This document shows, in pieces, positions 1 to 13,739 of a DNA stretch of 64,000 nt; the stretch's first letter is position 1; each line of letters opens with the position of its first letter. The stretch lies in assembly GCF_009914755.1 (NCBI RefSeq), contig NC_060927.1. The stretch is one strand, 5' to 3'. The notes below the pieces were generated by a model, which made no database searches, was not told the origin of the DNA, and worked only from the letters and a program-made list of their open reading frames with translations. Position numbers and translations under genes: made by a program. The DNA comes from the human T2T-CHM13v2.0 reference genome, Homo sapiens.

Positions 1-708
1 GTTCCAGATTTTACCTGGCAGATAGTGGGGGTGGGAGATTTGGAAAAGATTAGGGAATAATTTTATACATTTAAAAGCAAACTCTTTAAGCCATATTTTT
101 GAATTATTTCCAAGTACAGATTATGAACACACTCCTGGCCTATTGTCCAGTCTTCAGTCTTACGTTGACTAGTCGGCACAAAAATGGCCACTAATAATGA
201 CCACTGTTAGGGCTGCCCACTAACTCCTACTGATTTAATAGTTTAGGACCTTTTATGATCAATGTTTTGTCTCCAAAATTTTGCATCAAATATTGCAAAC
301 ACTTTGACCTGTGTTTATGGATACCTTTACTACAGCATTGTACCTAATCTGCCAGAGGCTTTTCATTCATTAATTGTGAGAGTTAAGGTGGTATACAGAA
401 AGAGGTACTTCCAGCACTGTCTCTTAAATGGCCAGAAATATGAGTGTATGTGAAAGCTAGTACATTAAATCAGGCATTAAAACAACCCAAACAAATATTT
501 AAAATACCCCAAAATGTAAAAAAATTGCTCTTTATGCTTCACTAACCCACTTTATATGGTGTTAGACACAATATCAGCATGTAAGAAAAGAAGACAACAC
601 ACGCAAACAATTCTGTGATTGTTCTGATACTTACATATTTTTTTCCTTCTGCAAGTGAACCTTGCTCAAACTCTCTTGAGATGGAAGTTTAAAAAGTGAC
701 ACATTCAT

Positions 709-710
<2 letters not shown>

Positions 711-742
<32 letters not shown>
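711..742. repeat. (AC)16 microsatellite
   Basis: Uninterrupted ACAC run read directly. Confidence 0.95.
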
Positions 743-744
<2 letters not shown>

Positions 745-1254
745 CTTCCATCCATCACCTCCCATGGAAATTTGAATAATTAAATAAATATTAAAAACGT
801 GCAAAACTGTATTCTTATATCAAATTAGATAAAAGTTGAATTGTTTCAGATAAAGAGTTTCTCTTTTTTCTTTTTTAAACAATTCTTGACAGACTACCAT
901 TAAATCAGGTGAGCACTGCAGCAAGTAATGATATTTAAAATTAAAGAAACTTTTCCATTTCACTGATGCCAATTTTAACATTTTACAATAGGTCTTTTTG
1001 GCAGTCTAATTATTATTCCAATCCTATTAACAATTTATGTATAGAATTACCTTCTAATGATTACTAAAATTTTTCATTTGGAATTGTATCACTTCATTAA
1101 TCTTGATTACTTATAATTAATCAAAAAAGTCTTTTTCTCACATTTAGGTTTCAGAAATGTTTATCTATACTTATTTTATGAATACTTGACTAAATCTATG
1201 TTGAAATTTTTTAGAAAATCTGGAAGCTCAATAGGCTTCCTCAGCTGAGAGATG

Positions 1255-1495
1255 ATATAGCTTAATGGTTAAAATCTGACTCTGGAGTCAGGCTATTTAG
1301 ATTCAAGACCAGTTCATTCCAGCTGAGATTGATGGAGCAAGTTATGTAGCCTCTGTGTACCTATTTATTTTAATCTATAAAACTGCAATCATAGTAATAA
1401 AACCTAACTCATAGAGTAATTATATAGATTTAATAAAATAATCTGTGTAACACAGAACAGGGCCTGATACATAGTAAATTTTCAATAAAGTTATA
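1255..1495 (+). mobile_element. MIR SINE, near full length
   Basis: MIR-like 'atggttaaaatctgactctggagtcaggc', core 'gcaagttatgtagcctctgtgtacct', tail 'gcctgatacatagtaaattttcaataaa'. Confidence 0.75.
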
Positions 1496-1539
1496 TTTTA
1501 TATTATTTGTAACATAGAAACAATTAGTAAATTGTGGTG

Positions 1540-1650
1540 TGTCTTGGCCTTTGAAATCAGACAAGTATGAGTTTTAATTCTTGCTCTTTGTTCTTCTAGC
1601 TGCATGGTATTATGCAAGTTATTTAATATTCTTGGATTCAATGTTCTTCT
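1540..1650 (+). mobile_element. MIR fragment
   Basis: 'ggcctttgaaatcagacaag...ctagctgcatggtattatgcaagttatttaat' resembles the MIR core. Confidence 0.55.
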
Positions 1651-1889
1651 AGATATAGACATGGATATACACATGTAGATATAGATATTAAGACTACTCA
1701 ACTTTGTTAGGAGATTAAATAAAAATACAATTAATATGTTTATCATTGGTTATATAGTGGTTATAATTTATAAAAACTTTTTAAATTTTACATAAAGCTA
1801 AAAAGTATATAAAATGCTATCTGGAATCATTTATAATGTTAGATATTTTTCTTGTAATATAGAGAAAAATGCCTATAAGATGTCCAGTA

Positions 1890-2250
1890 TTCATTCATCA
1901 TATTTGAATGGCTACTATATACCAGGCACTGTGCTAACAACTGAAGATAAAGTATTACAAAGCAGAGACCCCATCTTCCAGGGAGCTCTAGGACTACAAA
2001 GCTAGGGAAATAAATAATAGACAATAATGAAACAGCCTATATGCTGTAATAGAGGCATTGGTAGAAGGTAATTGAAGACTAGAGGAGGAGCAAAAAAGCT
2101 TCTTACACACGTGGGGTCTAAGCTCATTCTTGAAAAAGTAGGTGTTACCTAGATAACAAATAGAGAAAGAAGAGTCCAGTTAGAGAGAACAACTTATGTA
2201 AAAGAACTTAGAAATCATTTTGTCAAGCCTGCAGGTGTGGTGCAAAGCAA
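1890..2250 (-). mobile_element. L2 LINE 3' fragment
   Basis: 'tcattcatcatatttgaatggctactatataccaggcactgtgcta' is the typical antisense L2 3' end. Confidence 0.65.
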
Positions 2251-2689
2251 ACAGTCTGAGTTGAAGAGTCAACAACAAGTCATTAGAAGCACACAAGAAA
2301 TGGGGAACCTGGGAAAAGTTCATCCAGGGGACTTATATGAGTTGATTTGAGTTTAACAAAGATTACTTGTGTAGGAAATGGGAAGTGGCCAGAAGGAATT
2401 AAAAAAATGAGACAGAAAACTTGGTCAGGAAGTTGTATGTAGATAGGAAGGTAGCAAATTATTGAACTCACATTATATATATTTATATTTGTATTTATAT
2501 ATTAATTATAACTTAAAATTGGGAAAATATCCAAAATGCTTCACATGATGCTTATCATAAGCTTTCTTCAATGTTAGCAAATATTCTTTAAAACAATGTT
2601 TTACATTCATTTCATGCGATCAGAATCCAAGGAGTACTGGAGTGGATGCTACGACCCATACAGAGTAGGTATGCAACAGAAGCCCCACT

Positions 2690-3160
2690 GTGAAGAAGCT
2701 GCACGTGGTCCCTTCCCTCAAGGCATTCACAGACTAGAGGGAAGTACAGACAAGTAAATTGTGGATCATATTTCAGTGTTCAAAGTGCTCTATGGTGGCC
2801 CAGTGAATTGCCACAGGAGCACATAAGAGGATGGCTCCCAAAGGTCTGGATGCAGAGAAGACCACATAGGAATGGATGTTTTACAGACAACTGAAGGATT
2901 AGTAGGATCTAGCCTAAGGAGGCCCGAAACAGAAAAGTGTTACAGGCAAATTTACATATGACGGTACAAAGGACAGAGAAGATTTGGCCCCATCTAGGAA
3001 AGGAAGAGTTTGGTATGTCTGTGGTACGTCTGGAGTATGGAGGAGGTTGACGTACAAAAGCCAAGGCAGGAGAGATAAGGAGGAAGCACATCACCAAGGG
3101 CCCAGGCATCCTGTTAAAGAAATGGGACACAAACTTTTAATTTTAATAATTTCATCCAGG
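2690..3160 (-). mobile_element. L2 fragment
   Basis: 'ggtcccttccctcaaggcattcacagactagaggg...agacaagtaaa' and downstream L2-like antisense sequence. Confidence 0.55.
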
Positions 3161-3401
3161 CTACTTTATTACGAAAGGGAATGTTGACTGTCTGGGGATG
3201 CCAGGTACCTAAGCAGAAATCTAAATGACTAGACCAGACTACAATCCCCAAGAACTAGAAATGGGATTTCTGTCACGTCATCAATAACCAGCACAGTGGC
3301 AGCTAATAGTAGAAACTCACAGGTTTTTTAATAATTGAAAGAATTGAAAAAAACTAGATGCCCAAGGGAAAGTTCATTGAACGAATTGAACTAATTTTCT
3401 A

Positions 3402-3723
3402 ATTTTCTTTTTCTTTCTTTTTTTTTTTTTTTTTTTTTGAGTCGGAGTCTCTCTCTCTGTCGCCCAGGCTGGAGTGCAGTGGCGCGATCTCTCACCCCAC
3501 TGCAACCTCCACCTCCGGGTTCAAGCAATTCTCCTGCCTCAGCCTCCCGAGTAGCTGGGACTACAGGCACCCACCACCAAGCCTGGCTAATTTTTTTGTA
3601 TTTTTAGTAGAGACGGGGTTTCACCGTGTTAGCCAGGATGGTCTACATCTCCTGACCTCGTGATCCGCCCGCGTCGGCCTCCCAAAGTGCTGGGATTACA
3701 GGCGTGAGCCGCCACGCCCGGTT
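3402..3723 (-). mobile_element. AluS (AluSc-like), full length
   Basis: Antisense Alu with poly-T head; 'gttagccaggatgg' and 'cctcgtgatcc' diagnostics; exact 19-bp TSD gaattgaactaattttcta at 3383-3401 and 3724-3742. Confidence 0.95.
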
Positions 3724-3739
3724 GAATTGAACTAATTTT

Positions 3740-4500
3740 CTATTACTCGATAGTGCTTTCTCATTTCTCTTCTATTTTAAATCATGCTGAAATGAACATC
3801 CCTGAATTTAAATCTTAAACTACATCTAATTTACTTAAAACAGCATCTTAGTAATGGAATGACTGTTTAATAGTATAAATATTTTTAAGACTCACAATAC
3901 ACTACACTGAAAAAAGAGGACATTCCAAATATGCTCTAACCAGCAAATACTTGAAAGTGCCTATTTCCTCACATCATCTACACAGTTGGACATTTGATAA
4001 TGATCTGCAATTATTGCATAAAATCCTGGGGAAGGGGATTGTGTCTTTTGATCTATGTCTATTTCTTTTGTCGAATTCCTGAAGTCATGTCCTGCACCCA
4101 GTACAAAATGGTTTATTGATTTTACTTGTAATTTGTAATGAAAATATTTTGGCCACAGCTTTACTTGTGAGTCAGTTTTTTCTAAATCTCATAATACATT
4201 AATCTGCTGCTTAAATTGTCATCTTCTTTTAAAAAGATGTATAGTCTTGTATTTTGTGGTTCGAGTAAAATCAGTATATCTTTTCCTCTAAGCATAGTAT
4301 TTCTACTTAATTGTAAGCATACTTTATGAATTAATAACATCATCTCTTTGTCTTATATGTTTCAAACATATTTTCTGTTCATTTGCCTTTCATTTGAATT
4401 CATAGAAACTTTTGACATAAATTAATATTTTTGCTATAAAATTTTATTCCTCCCTGCTTTCTATAGTTTATTTTTGTGACTTCATGGGATTAATGCTCCA
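3740..4500 (-). mobile_element. Ancient L1M fragments
   Basis: 'aatcatgctgaaatgaacatcc' and 'agtgcctatttcctcacatc' resemble the antisense L1M 3' region; highly diverged. Confidence 0.45.
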
Positions 4501-4624
4501 CTTATTATATCACATTTTATTTTTAATTAGTAATAAAAACATTTAAACTAGGGCTTTCTTAAGAGTCAAGTTTGGATTTTGGTTAAACTTTCTATTTTTT
4601 TATTAGCAGTATATTCAAAACATA

Positions 4625-5110
4625 TGTACTATAGTGATTAAGAGCTAGAGTTAGGTAAGCTCAAGAATTGAAATTCTGGTCTCTCAATAACTGTGTGACC
4701 TTTAGTTAGCTCCTTAGCCCTTCTATGTTTTAGTTTTCTCATCTAAAAAAAGTAGTGATGATAGTATCTACCTTGCAGACTTTGCAAATACTTAGGAAGG
4801 ATCTGCCACGTTGAGTCGCTGATGTAAGTGCTTGCAGTATAGTGACAAAGAAGCCAGACCACATTCCTGTCCGCATGAAGGTTACATTTTACTGGGCAAT
4901 TGACAGTAAACAAATGAACATGTAAATATATCATATAATGTTGGGGAGTAAATTAGTGCTTGGGGGAAAAGTATGTCATTATAAGGCTGTATATGGGGCC
5001 CTGGGGCTGCTATTGTAAATAAATTGTTGTGAGTTTATAATATACACTATATCTAAAGTACTTTCCCCAGGGCCTGACATATAATGGATGCTTAAAAAAT
5101 ATTAGCAGTT
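4625..5110. mobile_element. MIR (+) pieces with an intervening L2 (-) fragment
   Basis: MIR core 'actgtgtgacctttagttagctccttagccc...ttttctcatcta' (4690-4745), L2-like 4810-5000, MIR tail 'gcctgacatataatggatgcttaaaaaatattagc'. Confidence 0.55.
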
Positions 5111-7638
5111 ATTTATTAATTACAATTTAACTTTCCTCTTAAACTCTCAAGTTATTCATAAGAGTATTTTTTGGTGTATTTGTTTCAATTCCAAGTGACA
5201 AGATTATATAGGCATCATTGAAAATAAAATAAAATTTTTAAAGTTTACTTTTTTTAAGCAGAAAATATGGCTTCTAAATATTCTGCATTTTGAAATTTTC
5301 GAGTATTTACTGTGGCCTAACACAGAAATTATTTTTAAAATAGGCTGGAGGCTAAAAAGTTAATATTTTCTGTCTAAAGATTATCAAATTAGGTTATCTA
5401 TATATTTATCTTTTATCTATCAAGTTACTCATTTGACAGATTAAATTCCATTAATTATATTATTTAGATCATCATCCTTTATTATTATTTGATCAATAAA
5501 GGGCTAAAAGAAATATGCTATTGCCACTTTCTTTTTGTTTATCTAAAAGTTTGATTTATGCATTTTAATATAATAATGTTTAGGGCATAAATCTTTATGA
5601 TTCATATCTTTACTGTAGATTGTATCATTTATCAGAATAAAGTGACATTCTATTCACTTTACTGTCTCTTGTTTGGGTTTAATAGTCAGGGAGAAGTCCT
5701 TGACAGAAATTTTGCAGTGGAGTATATACAAGGCTATTAGTAAAGAAATGAACAATTTACTTTTTTCTTTTTAAAATTTTAAGTTCTTCTATTTTTGTGT
5801 TTGCCTGATATTACTAATTTATACTTTTATTTTTTCAGTGTCATTGTGCTTTAAGTGCATCTCTTTTAAGCAGCATAAAATTTGATTTTTCTTACCATAA
5901 TTGAGAGCCTTTTAGAAGCTTTTTTAATACTGTGCTGGTTCTATATTACTGTGTTTTTTTTTTCTTTGTGAGTTGGGATGTCGTCAACCTGTTTTTAAAT
6001 TCAACTAACACTTTCCTTAAGTAAAAACACACCTACGTGCATACGTGAACATGCATTTTTCTATAATCACTATCGTGAAATAATCCATGTTTATTCTTAC
6101 TCTTCAGACTCTTCTTGTTCCTTCTGTCTGCTTCAAAACTAACCTAACCTCTCTCATGTCCAATGTGTGCTAACTGTGGGAAGGTTTGTAGTTTAGGCTA
6201 ACAGGTTCCATCATAATGGCCTTTTCTCTATGACAAATTTGCTTCCATGTCTCAGATGCCTGCTAATACCACAAATGTGCTTATCTGGTTAAAACAGTAG
6301 CTTGGTATAAACCTTCACTATCAGTAATTATTAGGCCACATACATATACTGAAAGACTATGGGTGCAAGAAAGGGTACAGATACTATTTACTGCATAAGG
6401 ATATGAGTGCAGGATGACAGCCAATTAGTTCTTTTAGTGGCCACATGGTATAGTTGCCTAGTGTCACTCTATACCACCTGGAAGTGCATGGTGAACTCAG
6501 CCCAGAGGTGGTGATACAGCTCAAAAAAGTCAATCTTATTGAATTGATAATATTGACAGAATGTAAGATCTTCTCTCCCTGGCAACTGATTTTGTGCCTA
6601 GCTATCTATAACTCAACTTACTAGCAACCTTTATGTGACACAACCCACACAAAATGATAGCTTGAATCCTATATGCACACATGTCCACTCTTTTCATCTC
6701 TTTTTAAACATTAATATTTGGGCACCCCCACAGTTAATTTCCAGATAAATGTTACCAAATTCCAAGTCAGTGAAAATAGTATTGACCAAGACAAACACAA
6801 GTCAGTGATCTTAGCCAAACCACAAAAAAAAACCCACCCAGCTTGACAATCACCCTTTTTAATCAACATATTTCAGATAATACAGTTTTTCACTATACTT
6901 TTGAATTTACCTAATTGTGGAGTAATTACGAGCAGTTAGGAGCCACCAAGAGCTAAAAGTTTTCTTATTCTGTAATTACTCTACAGGTTTTATCCAACTC
7001 TATCTTGATGGTTAATTTCATCATATTTAGCTTGATGTTCAAAGAGAATCCTTTTTTATTTTTATTTTTTAGCCTGTATCCTGTGGTATTTCCAGCATTT
7101 TTATGAAATGAATAACTTAGACTTCTTGCAGAAAAAATAAATAATGTAAATTGATCTAAGAGTCTGACTAGGGGCAAGGGCTTTCTAATGAAGAGGGGCT
7201 ACCTCCTCACCTCAAAAGAGCTGCTCTACGTGGTGTGGGTGGGGGAATCTTACTGTAAAATAAAATGGAATCCAGGAATCTGAGTACAGTTTTAGAACAC
7301 AAGTTGATTTTTGTCAGGAAGGATGACTTTGCCATGATATTGTGTAATGGCATCAATGAATAAGGCCCTAGTAACCTGTGTCTGTAATAAAGAGGTAAAA
7401 GTCTATGAAAGTAACTTTAGTAACAACAACAAAAAATTCTGAAGGCGTTATACTAAATGGAAACAACTAGCTACCTATCCACCTTTCTGCTAGCCTAAGT
7501 AGGATCAAAATAGTGCTGGCAATGGAACTACCTTCTATTTTAGTAAGAGAACTGACCATGCTAATAGAGTAAGGAGGACAAAAGGCTTCAGGGGACTTGT
7601 AATGGCTAAGAAGGAGAACCATTGGGTATCCTGGGGCA

Positions 7639-7798
7639 TAGGATTGGCAAGTAAAATGCAGGGCACTCAGTTAAATTTGGATTTCCAAAAACAACAAGTA
7701 ACTATTACTATATGTACAATCTTGGCAATTCATTGTTTATCTGAAATTTGAATTTAACTGGACACCCTGTATTTTTCATTTGCTAAATCTGAAAACCT
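7639..7798. mobile_element. MER53 palindromic hAT-type MITE
   Basis: Arms 'cagggcactcagttaaatttggatttcc..aaacaa' and 'ttgtttatctgaaatttgaatttaactggacaccctg' are inverted; end 'tttgctaaatctgaaaaccta' matches the recalled MER53 terminus. Confidence 0.8.
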
Positions 7799-7882
7799 AC
7801 TCAGAAAGCTTCCAGAGAAAGGGAGGCCTCAGGTAGCTTGGAGTCCTTGTTATTCTTCCAAATAAAACATTATTTTAATTAG

Positions 7883-8347
<465 letters not shown>

Positions 8348-9789
8348 TATCAATATCTTAATATAAGAACATCTGCTAGAACTTACATTCACTGAGTTCT
8401 CACTGATATCAAATTCAAGCTCCCTTTAAAAAGTGTGATGTATAAAGGAAGAAAATGCTATCTAGTAAATGACCAAGTATATAAAGACAGGAAGAAGGAA
8501 AAAAAATCTGGTAATTATAAAAAAAAGTTAAAAATAAGTGTTTATATCTGACCATTATAGTGTTTAGCTTCTCTTGCAAGTAAATTAAAATTGAGTAAAC
8601 TCACTACATTTGCATATTTAGCTCAATCTAAGAATTCTCATGGCTTCTTTCTAATTCTTATATAGACACATTGCCTTGTGTATTTCTCAAGCTTTAAGAT
8701 GAATGTACCCATTTATCTTGTCACTCTATTTCAACTGAAAAGTTTTTTAACTGATGTCAGTAAGAAAACTACTGCTATTTGTAAAAAGAATTTGAGCAAG
8801 GCAGTTTGGAAGCTAGGGATATGTTTCTCTTGCCCACTCTTCCCCTAAAAGAAAAATAGTAGCCTCCATTTTATGAAAAGGAAGTGTACAAAATGCTCGA
8901 AGATTCATAATGCAGATTTGAATAATGGGCCCTCAAGTGTGTGGCAGTGAGTGTGTGTGCACATTTAGGGTTGAGATGACATTAGACTGCTACAGATAGC
9001 CTGAAGCATAAAACTTACCTCCTTAAAAATCCCAAAGGCCGAAGTGATAGTTTTCTTGCATGGGCTCCCATGCAAGGGTTCCCTTAAGCAGAAGTTACAA
9101 GGTAGGAAGGGAAATGCTTGGATAGGGTTTCCTCAACTCCAGCCAGACAATTTACTCCTGTCCCTCACACCATGGATTCTGTGCTCATAATGCTTGTACT
9201 CACTGTAACCCAGTCCCATCTGTGGCTCCAAAGAGCATCTCAAGATGGTGAAGCCAGCTGGTTTGCCAGCTGCTGCATCCCCTGAAAAATGGTGGGAGAT
9301 GTCCTCACTACCCCGAACCACTACTTCTGGGAGTTAGCATATGCATGAGAGAATATCCCAAATGCCACTCTTGTCTCTTGCCAAGGCTGTCCACAATTCT
9401 GCACTTCCAGGTTGTGTTCTTTTTAGAGAGCAAAGGGAATGTCAACACAATTGAAGGTGAAGTGACTCTGACTTGTGAAATTAAAGTGCCCAGCTTCATG
9501 TCAGGTTCACATGGGCAGAAGCATGCATTGAATGCAGAGCTTAGAAGCACAATACAACTGTGCTGTGCGTCCTTTTGATTGGTTATTTTTTAGGTTAATT
9601 CACACATGGTTCTATAGTCCTAACCCTTAGTTCACACTGTTGAAAGAATTGTTGAGGCCTCCAGCTGCCTGACCTTGAGCACATCACTTTACTTTTTAGA
9701 ACTGCTGTTTCCTTCACTGTAAAATAAAGAGGAAAGGGCTGATTAGCTGATCTCTAATGACCCTCCACCACTCTCTTAGTAAGGGAACA

Positions 9790-10255
9790 TATTTTGTACT
9801 GGTAGCAGAAATCCAACTACAGTGGCTGAACCAGCTTCAGAGGCTTATTTTTCTCACATAAAAATAAGTATGGGAGGTAGAGAGTGAAGGCTGCATAGAG
9901 GCTCTCCAATGCCAGCAGGGAGCAATACTCTAATATTTCTGCTCAGTGAGTAACTTTTGATTTTATGCTTTTCACTTGTGATTTCAAGAAGGCTGTTCTG
10001 TCTCCAGCAATTGCATCTAGATTGGAAGAAGGGCAAGACAGTGTCCAGAAAAGCATACTCCTTTGTTAAAAGCTTACCTAAAAGACCCATCCAAAAACTT
10101 ATACCTAATCAGCCATAACTGTGTCACAGAGCCATCTATAGCTGTAATAGAGGTTAAAAATATGCATTTTTCACTGGGTACATTGTCACCCACGTAAGCA
10201 TTGCATTCTCTTAATAAACGAGAAGGGGAGGATAGATATTGGGTACTCAACCTGA
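9790..10255 (-). mobile_element. Old MaLR LTR (MLT1J/K/L-like)
   Basis: 'agcagaaatccaactacagtggctgaac...ttatttttctcacataa' start and 'gaaggggaggatagatattgggta' end. Confidence 0.6.
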
Positions 10256-10836
10256 ACAGAATATACTTTAATCTAAAATTCTATATTTTTGTCATTTTAT
10301 GTTTTTGTGGAATGCATCTTTTAAATAACTGAGAACAAACACAGATCATTTTTTAAAATTTTTGTGAAGAATCTCCATAACTTAGAGACTAGTTAGTCTG
10401 AACTAGGAAGAATGGTTTTAGAATGATGACTTCTTGACCCTCCTAAAGTTTGTTCCAGAATGTACCACACCGATACAGTTTGTATCTTTTCTGACCAGTT
10501 TTTTCTTACCCTTTCTCTCCTTTCTATACTTATTCACTCAACCTCTCTCTTTTCTTATCTCATCTTAGCAGAGTTATACTTTCCAGATAAAACTCTTTGT
10601 GGGAATTGTTTAATAACTTGCAAAACATGTAAGTATTTTAAATAACTTGTATCTAATAACATTCACATCCTCTAATTGGTTCTGTGTCCAGTTCAAGACA
10701 TGCTCCTCAACCTATAACTACCTTTCCAAGAATAGCCTACTTAAATTCCTAATAGGTATAATTTCACTGTCTAATAATCAATTTTTTTCTCTATTCCATC
10801 ATTTCAGGTAGATTTCCTTTCTGTGTTCTTTATTGC

Positions 10837-11310
10837 TGTGGAAGATTAAGTCATTAGATGCCACTCTGAATGCCCTTCCTGATTTAGAACTACTTACACA
10901 AGTCCTTTGCCATGTGACTTTGTGGTACTATCTTCTAGAATGGAAAGAGTTTATTTCCCTTCCCCAGTAATATGGAGTTTAGCCATGGTTTACGTAGGTG
11001 AAAGTGGAGGTGTTCCAGTTCTACATTAAGTCCTGAAAAAACCTCTCACATTTCCTTTTGCTCTCTTGAACTCCGGTCATTCACCAAGAAAATATTCCTA
11101 GATAGCCATTCAACCAAAGCAACACATGCAGATGGTCTGAAATTAACCTAAAATTAAGCCTGAAACCAAACTTAGCTAACTTCCTCCCTAAAACAGAGCT
11201 ACCGCGGCTGACCCACAGAACTTCAAGCAATATAGAGCTTGTTTTAGGAAGCTACTGATATTTTGGGATGGTTTGTTACACTGCATTATTGTGGCATACC
11301 TGATTAATTC
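10837..11310 (+). mobile_element. MaLR LTR (MLT1G/H/I-like)
   Basis: Starts 'tgtggaagatt'; 'ctttgccatgtgactttg'; ends 'ttttgggatggtttgttacactgcattattgtggca'. Confidence 0.7.
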
Positions 11311-11653
11311 AATTGGCCTAGGGGAAATTTGCCTACTTCAGATGGCTAAAATTAGTGGTAATAAACGTTGGTGGGTGCTGGGTGGCAAATGGCCTCTAAA
11401 CCCTGTGGTAATCCCAAAGTGATTCTCAAGATCTCTGTTAATTCCAGGGTTTATTCAAGAAATAACCACAATAAGGCAAGCAGGGAAAAGAGAGATCTTC
11501 ACAACCTCAATCAGCCATAGAAAGGGAACCATTGCCCAGATTCTATTCACCTAACTGGTTTCATTTAAGTAATTTTCCAGATACTGTATCTGTCTTCCTG
11601 TTAGACGGGACTCCTATGCCTATTCAGCCAGCAAATTTAAGTATACAAATGTG

Positions 11654-11656
<3 letters not shown>

Positions 11657-11684
<28 letters not shown>
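11657..11684. repeat. poly(T)28 tract
   Basis: Direct count; no adjacent SINE/LINE body recognised. Confidence 0.9.
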
Positions 11685-12709
11685 CAGAAACTGTGAGAGG
11701 CCTTCAAAAAAGGTGACACAGAGATTTGAGGCATCGTAATAATGAATAATTCATCACACTACTTAGCTTCCCGAAAAGGGCAGTTGAGATCTCAGAAGGA
11801 AATTGGAGTTGCTCTCTTCTCCATAATTGACAAGTGCACCTTGGAAAAAACATAAGCATCTCTTTTATCAGCTTGGGTCCTGGATATACTTCTGGGCACA
11901 CAACAGAAACATGACTTCAGCCCTGGCTGCTTGCCATTTATGGCAGAAGCCCCCTGGGAAGAGATGCATCTTCTATTCCAGTGTTGACCATCACGGCCCA
12001 AACAATAAGAGTCTGGAGAGAGTGGGGGAAGAGAAGTTTCCTCAGGAAGCCCAAACTGGCTGCCTGTGTTGGTGGCACGAGGGAATCCTGAGAGACACCC
12101 TCCACTCCTTGTCGCTACACTTTCCATCTCTGAAATAAAATAAACTAGACAGCAGCTACATCTGGCCACCCTCAGAGGGGTAGCTGCTGCAGCTGGTTCA
12201 TTTCCCACTTGGCTTTGCAGTTACATGGTGCCTACTCTGACGCCTAGTCAGCTGGCAGCCTTTCCTGAAAACTTTTTAGAATTCTATATTCTGTGTTCTA
12301 AACACTTGCTGTTATTTATAATCATCCAGTGACCAGTGGAAACTATAGCCGGGAAGTGTATGTGGTCCAGTAAACCCTTTGCAAGCATGAGCTCCCCTCA
12401 AATGAAATGTGTCTTGCCTGGGTAACAGGATGACTTGCTGCAAAGTACAGGTAGCTGGAGAGCCTATTGAGAAATTGCCTAATACTGTTTCTTAACATGG
12501 TAGGAAAAAAGCAAACATGGAGGAATCTTTTTTTTTCCCCACTAGTGGGAAGTCAACTTCTTTTGCTCTTAAGGTCGGACTGTTCTTCCTTAAGAGCTAG
12601 GGGAACAATAATCAGCATCGTGTTTCTAGACAAAAGAGAAGTTGCTAAGTAAATGAGTCACTCAGATGATAAATAAGCTTTTGTCCATTGATGGTCTATG
12701 GGTCTACGG

Positions 12710-12925
12710 CCAGAGTTCACAAACTCAAAGCCTTTCAAGGAAGAGGCAGACATGGAAATGACCAATGCTGACCTGGTAAGGTAAATTATAGCTGACCCCT
12801 GGACTTTTGGGATACGGTAGGAAATGTTAGAGACTGGCAAGCTAGTGGGTTCATGTCCTGCCTAAAGGGGGTTGATGCCACTCAATTCCAGCTGCCTGTT
12901 GCCATAGCATTTGGGAATGCATTTG
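12710..12925 (+). mobile_element. Ancient DNA-transposon remnant (hAT-like, family uncertain)
   Basis: 'cagagttcacaaactcaaagcc...ggcag' and 'tccagctgcctgttgccatagcatttgggaatgc' resemble a recalled mammalian hAT-type MITE. Confidence 0.4.
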
Positions 12926-13739
12926 TTCTTCTTTTCTGGAACAAAAAGCAGCAGCACCCATGAACACAGAAAAAGCAGAGCTTCCTTCCTCTTCAGTATG
13001 GGGACTAAATAAGCCTCCCAGGATTCTTCTGTGATAGAAGCACTGCATAGAAAATCTCCACAAAATGATTAATGTTGGATTGTCCTAGGAGTTTGTGTTA
13101 TTTGAGGACTGAACCAGAAGCTAATAATTACATCCAATAAATTATAGTGGCTTGTACTAGAATAGTGGAGAATATTATTACTAGTGAATTTTCAACAATA
13201 AAAATTGCTGTTCTAAGACATATGAATGGTTTGAGTTTTGAGTTGCTTCTACTGAAGATAATTACATAAATAAGAAATCAGGGAATGGGTAGAAAAAAGA
13301 ATATAAAATGGGTGGCAGAAAAAAAATACATTTTGCAATGATCTTCTAGGTAAAGTAAGGGAAGATAGGAGAGGGCAAATCTCTGTGTCCTATTTGTGTT
13401 CTGATGGTTGGTACATTTGTGTAAAAGGTATTTGTGTAAAAGGATAGGTGCTTAGTGAGAAGAGGAGACAGGGCTTACTAGCTACAAGTCACACAATCAG
13501 GTAGCTCTTTAATATTTGGTTGGAGTACCAGGTGAAGGATTAAAAAATGTTGTTTAACATATTAAAATTAAATATATGAATTAAGTCTATTGAGGAAAGT
13601 GATCCAAAAATATATTTATGAGGTAAAGAATCACAAATGGAAATTACAAGCACTTATGTATCATTCATAGTTTAAGATTTTTAGTGTTTTTAATTTGGGT
13701 TTTCTTTAGAGAACTATCTTAATTGATTTTTTTTGTACC

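Noticed and set aside
12160-12190. Possible CTCF site 'ggccaccctcagaggggtagc'
   Set aside because: Several mismatches at core positions.
11704-12208. Overlapping 138-aa and 103-aa ORFs in unique DNA
   Set aside because: No recognisable domain, non-ATG starts and no convincing exon structure.
13415-13443. Short tandem microduplications (atttgtgtaaaagg x2; similar cases near 20450, 50400 and 59940)
   Set aside because: Ordinary slippage products.
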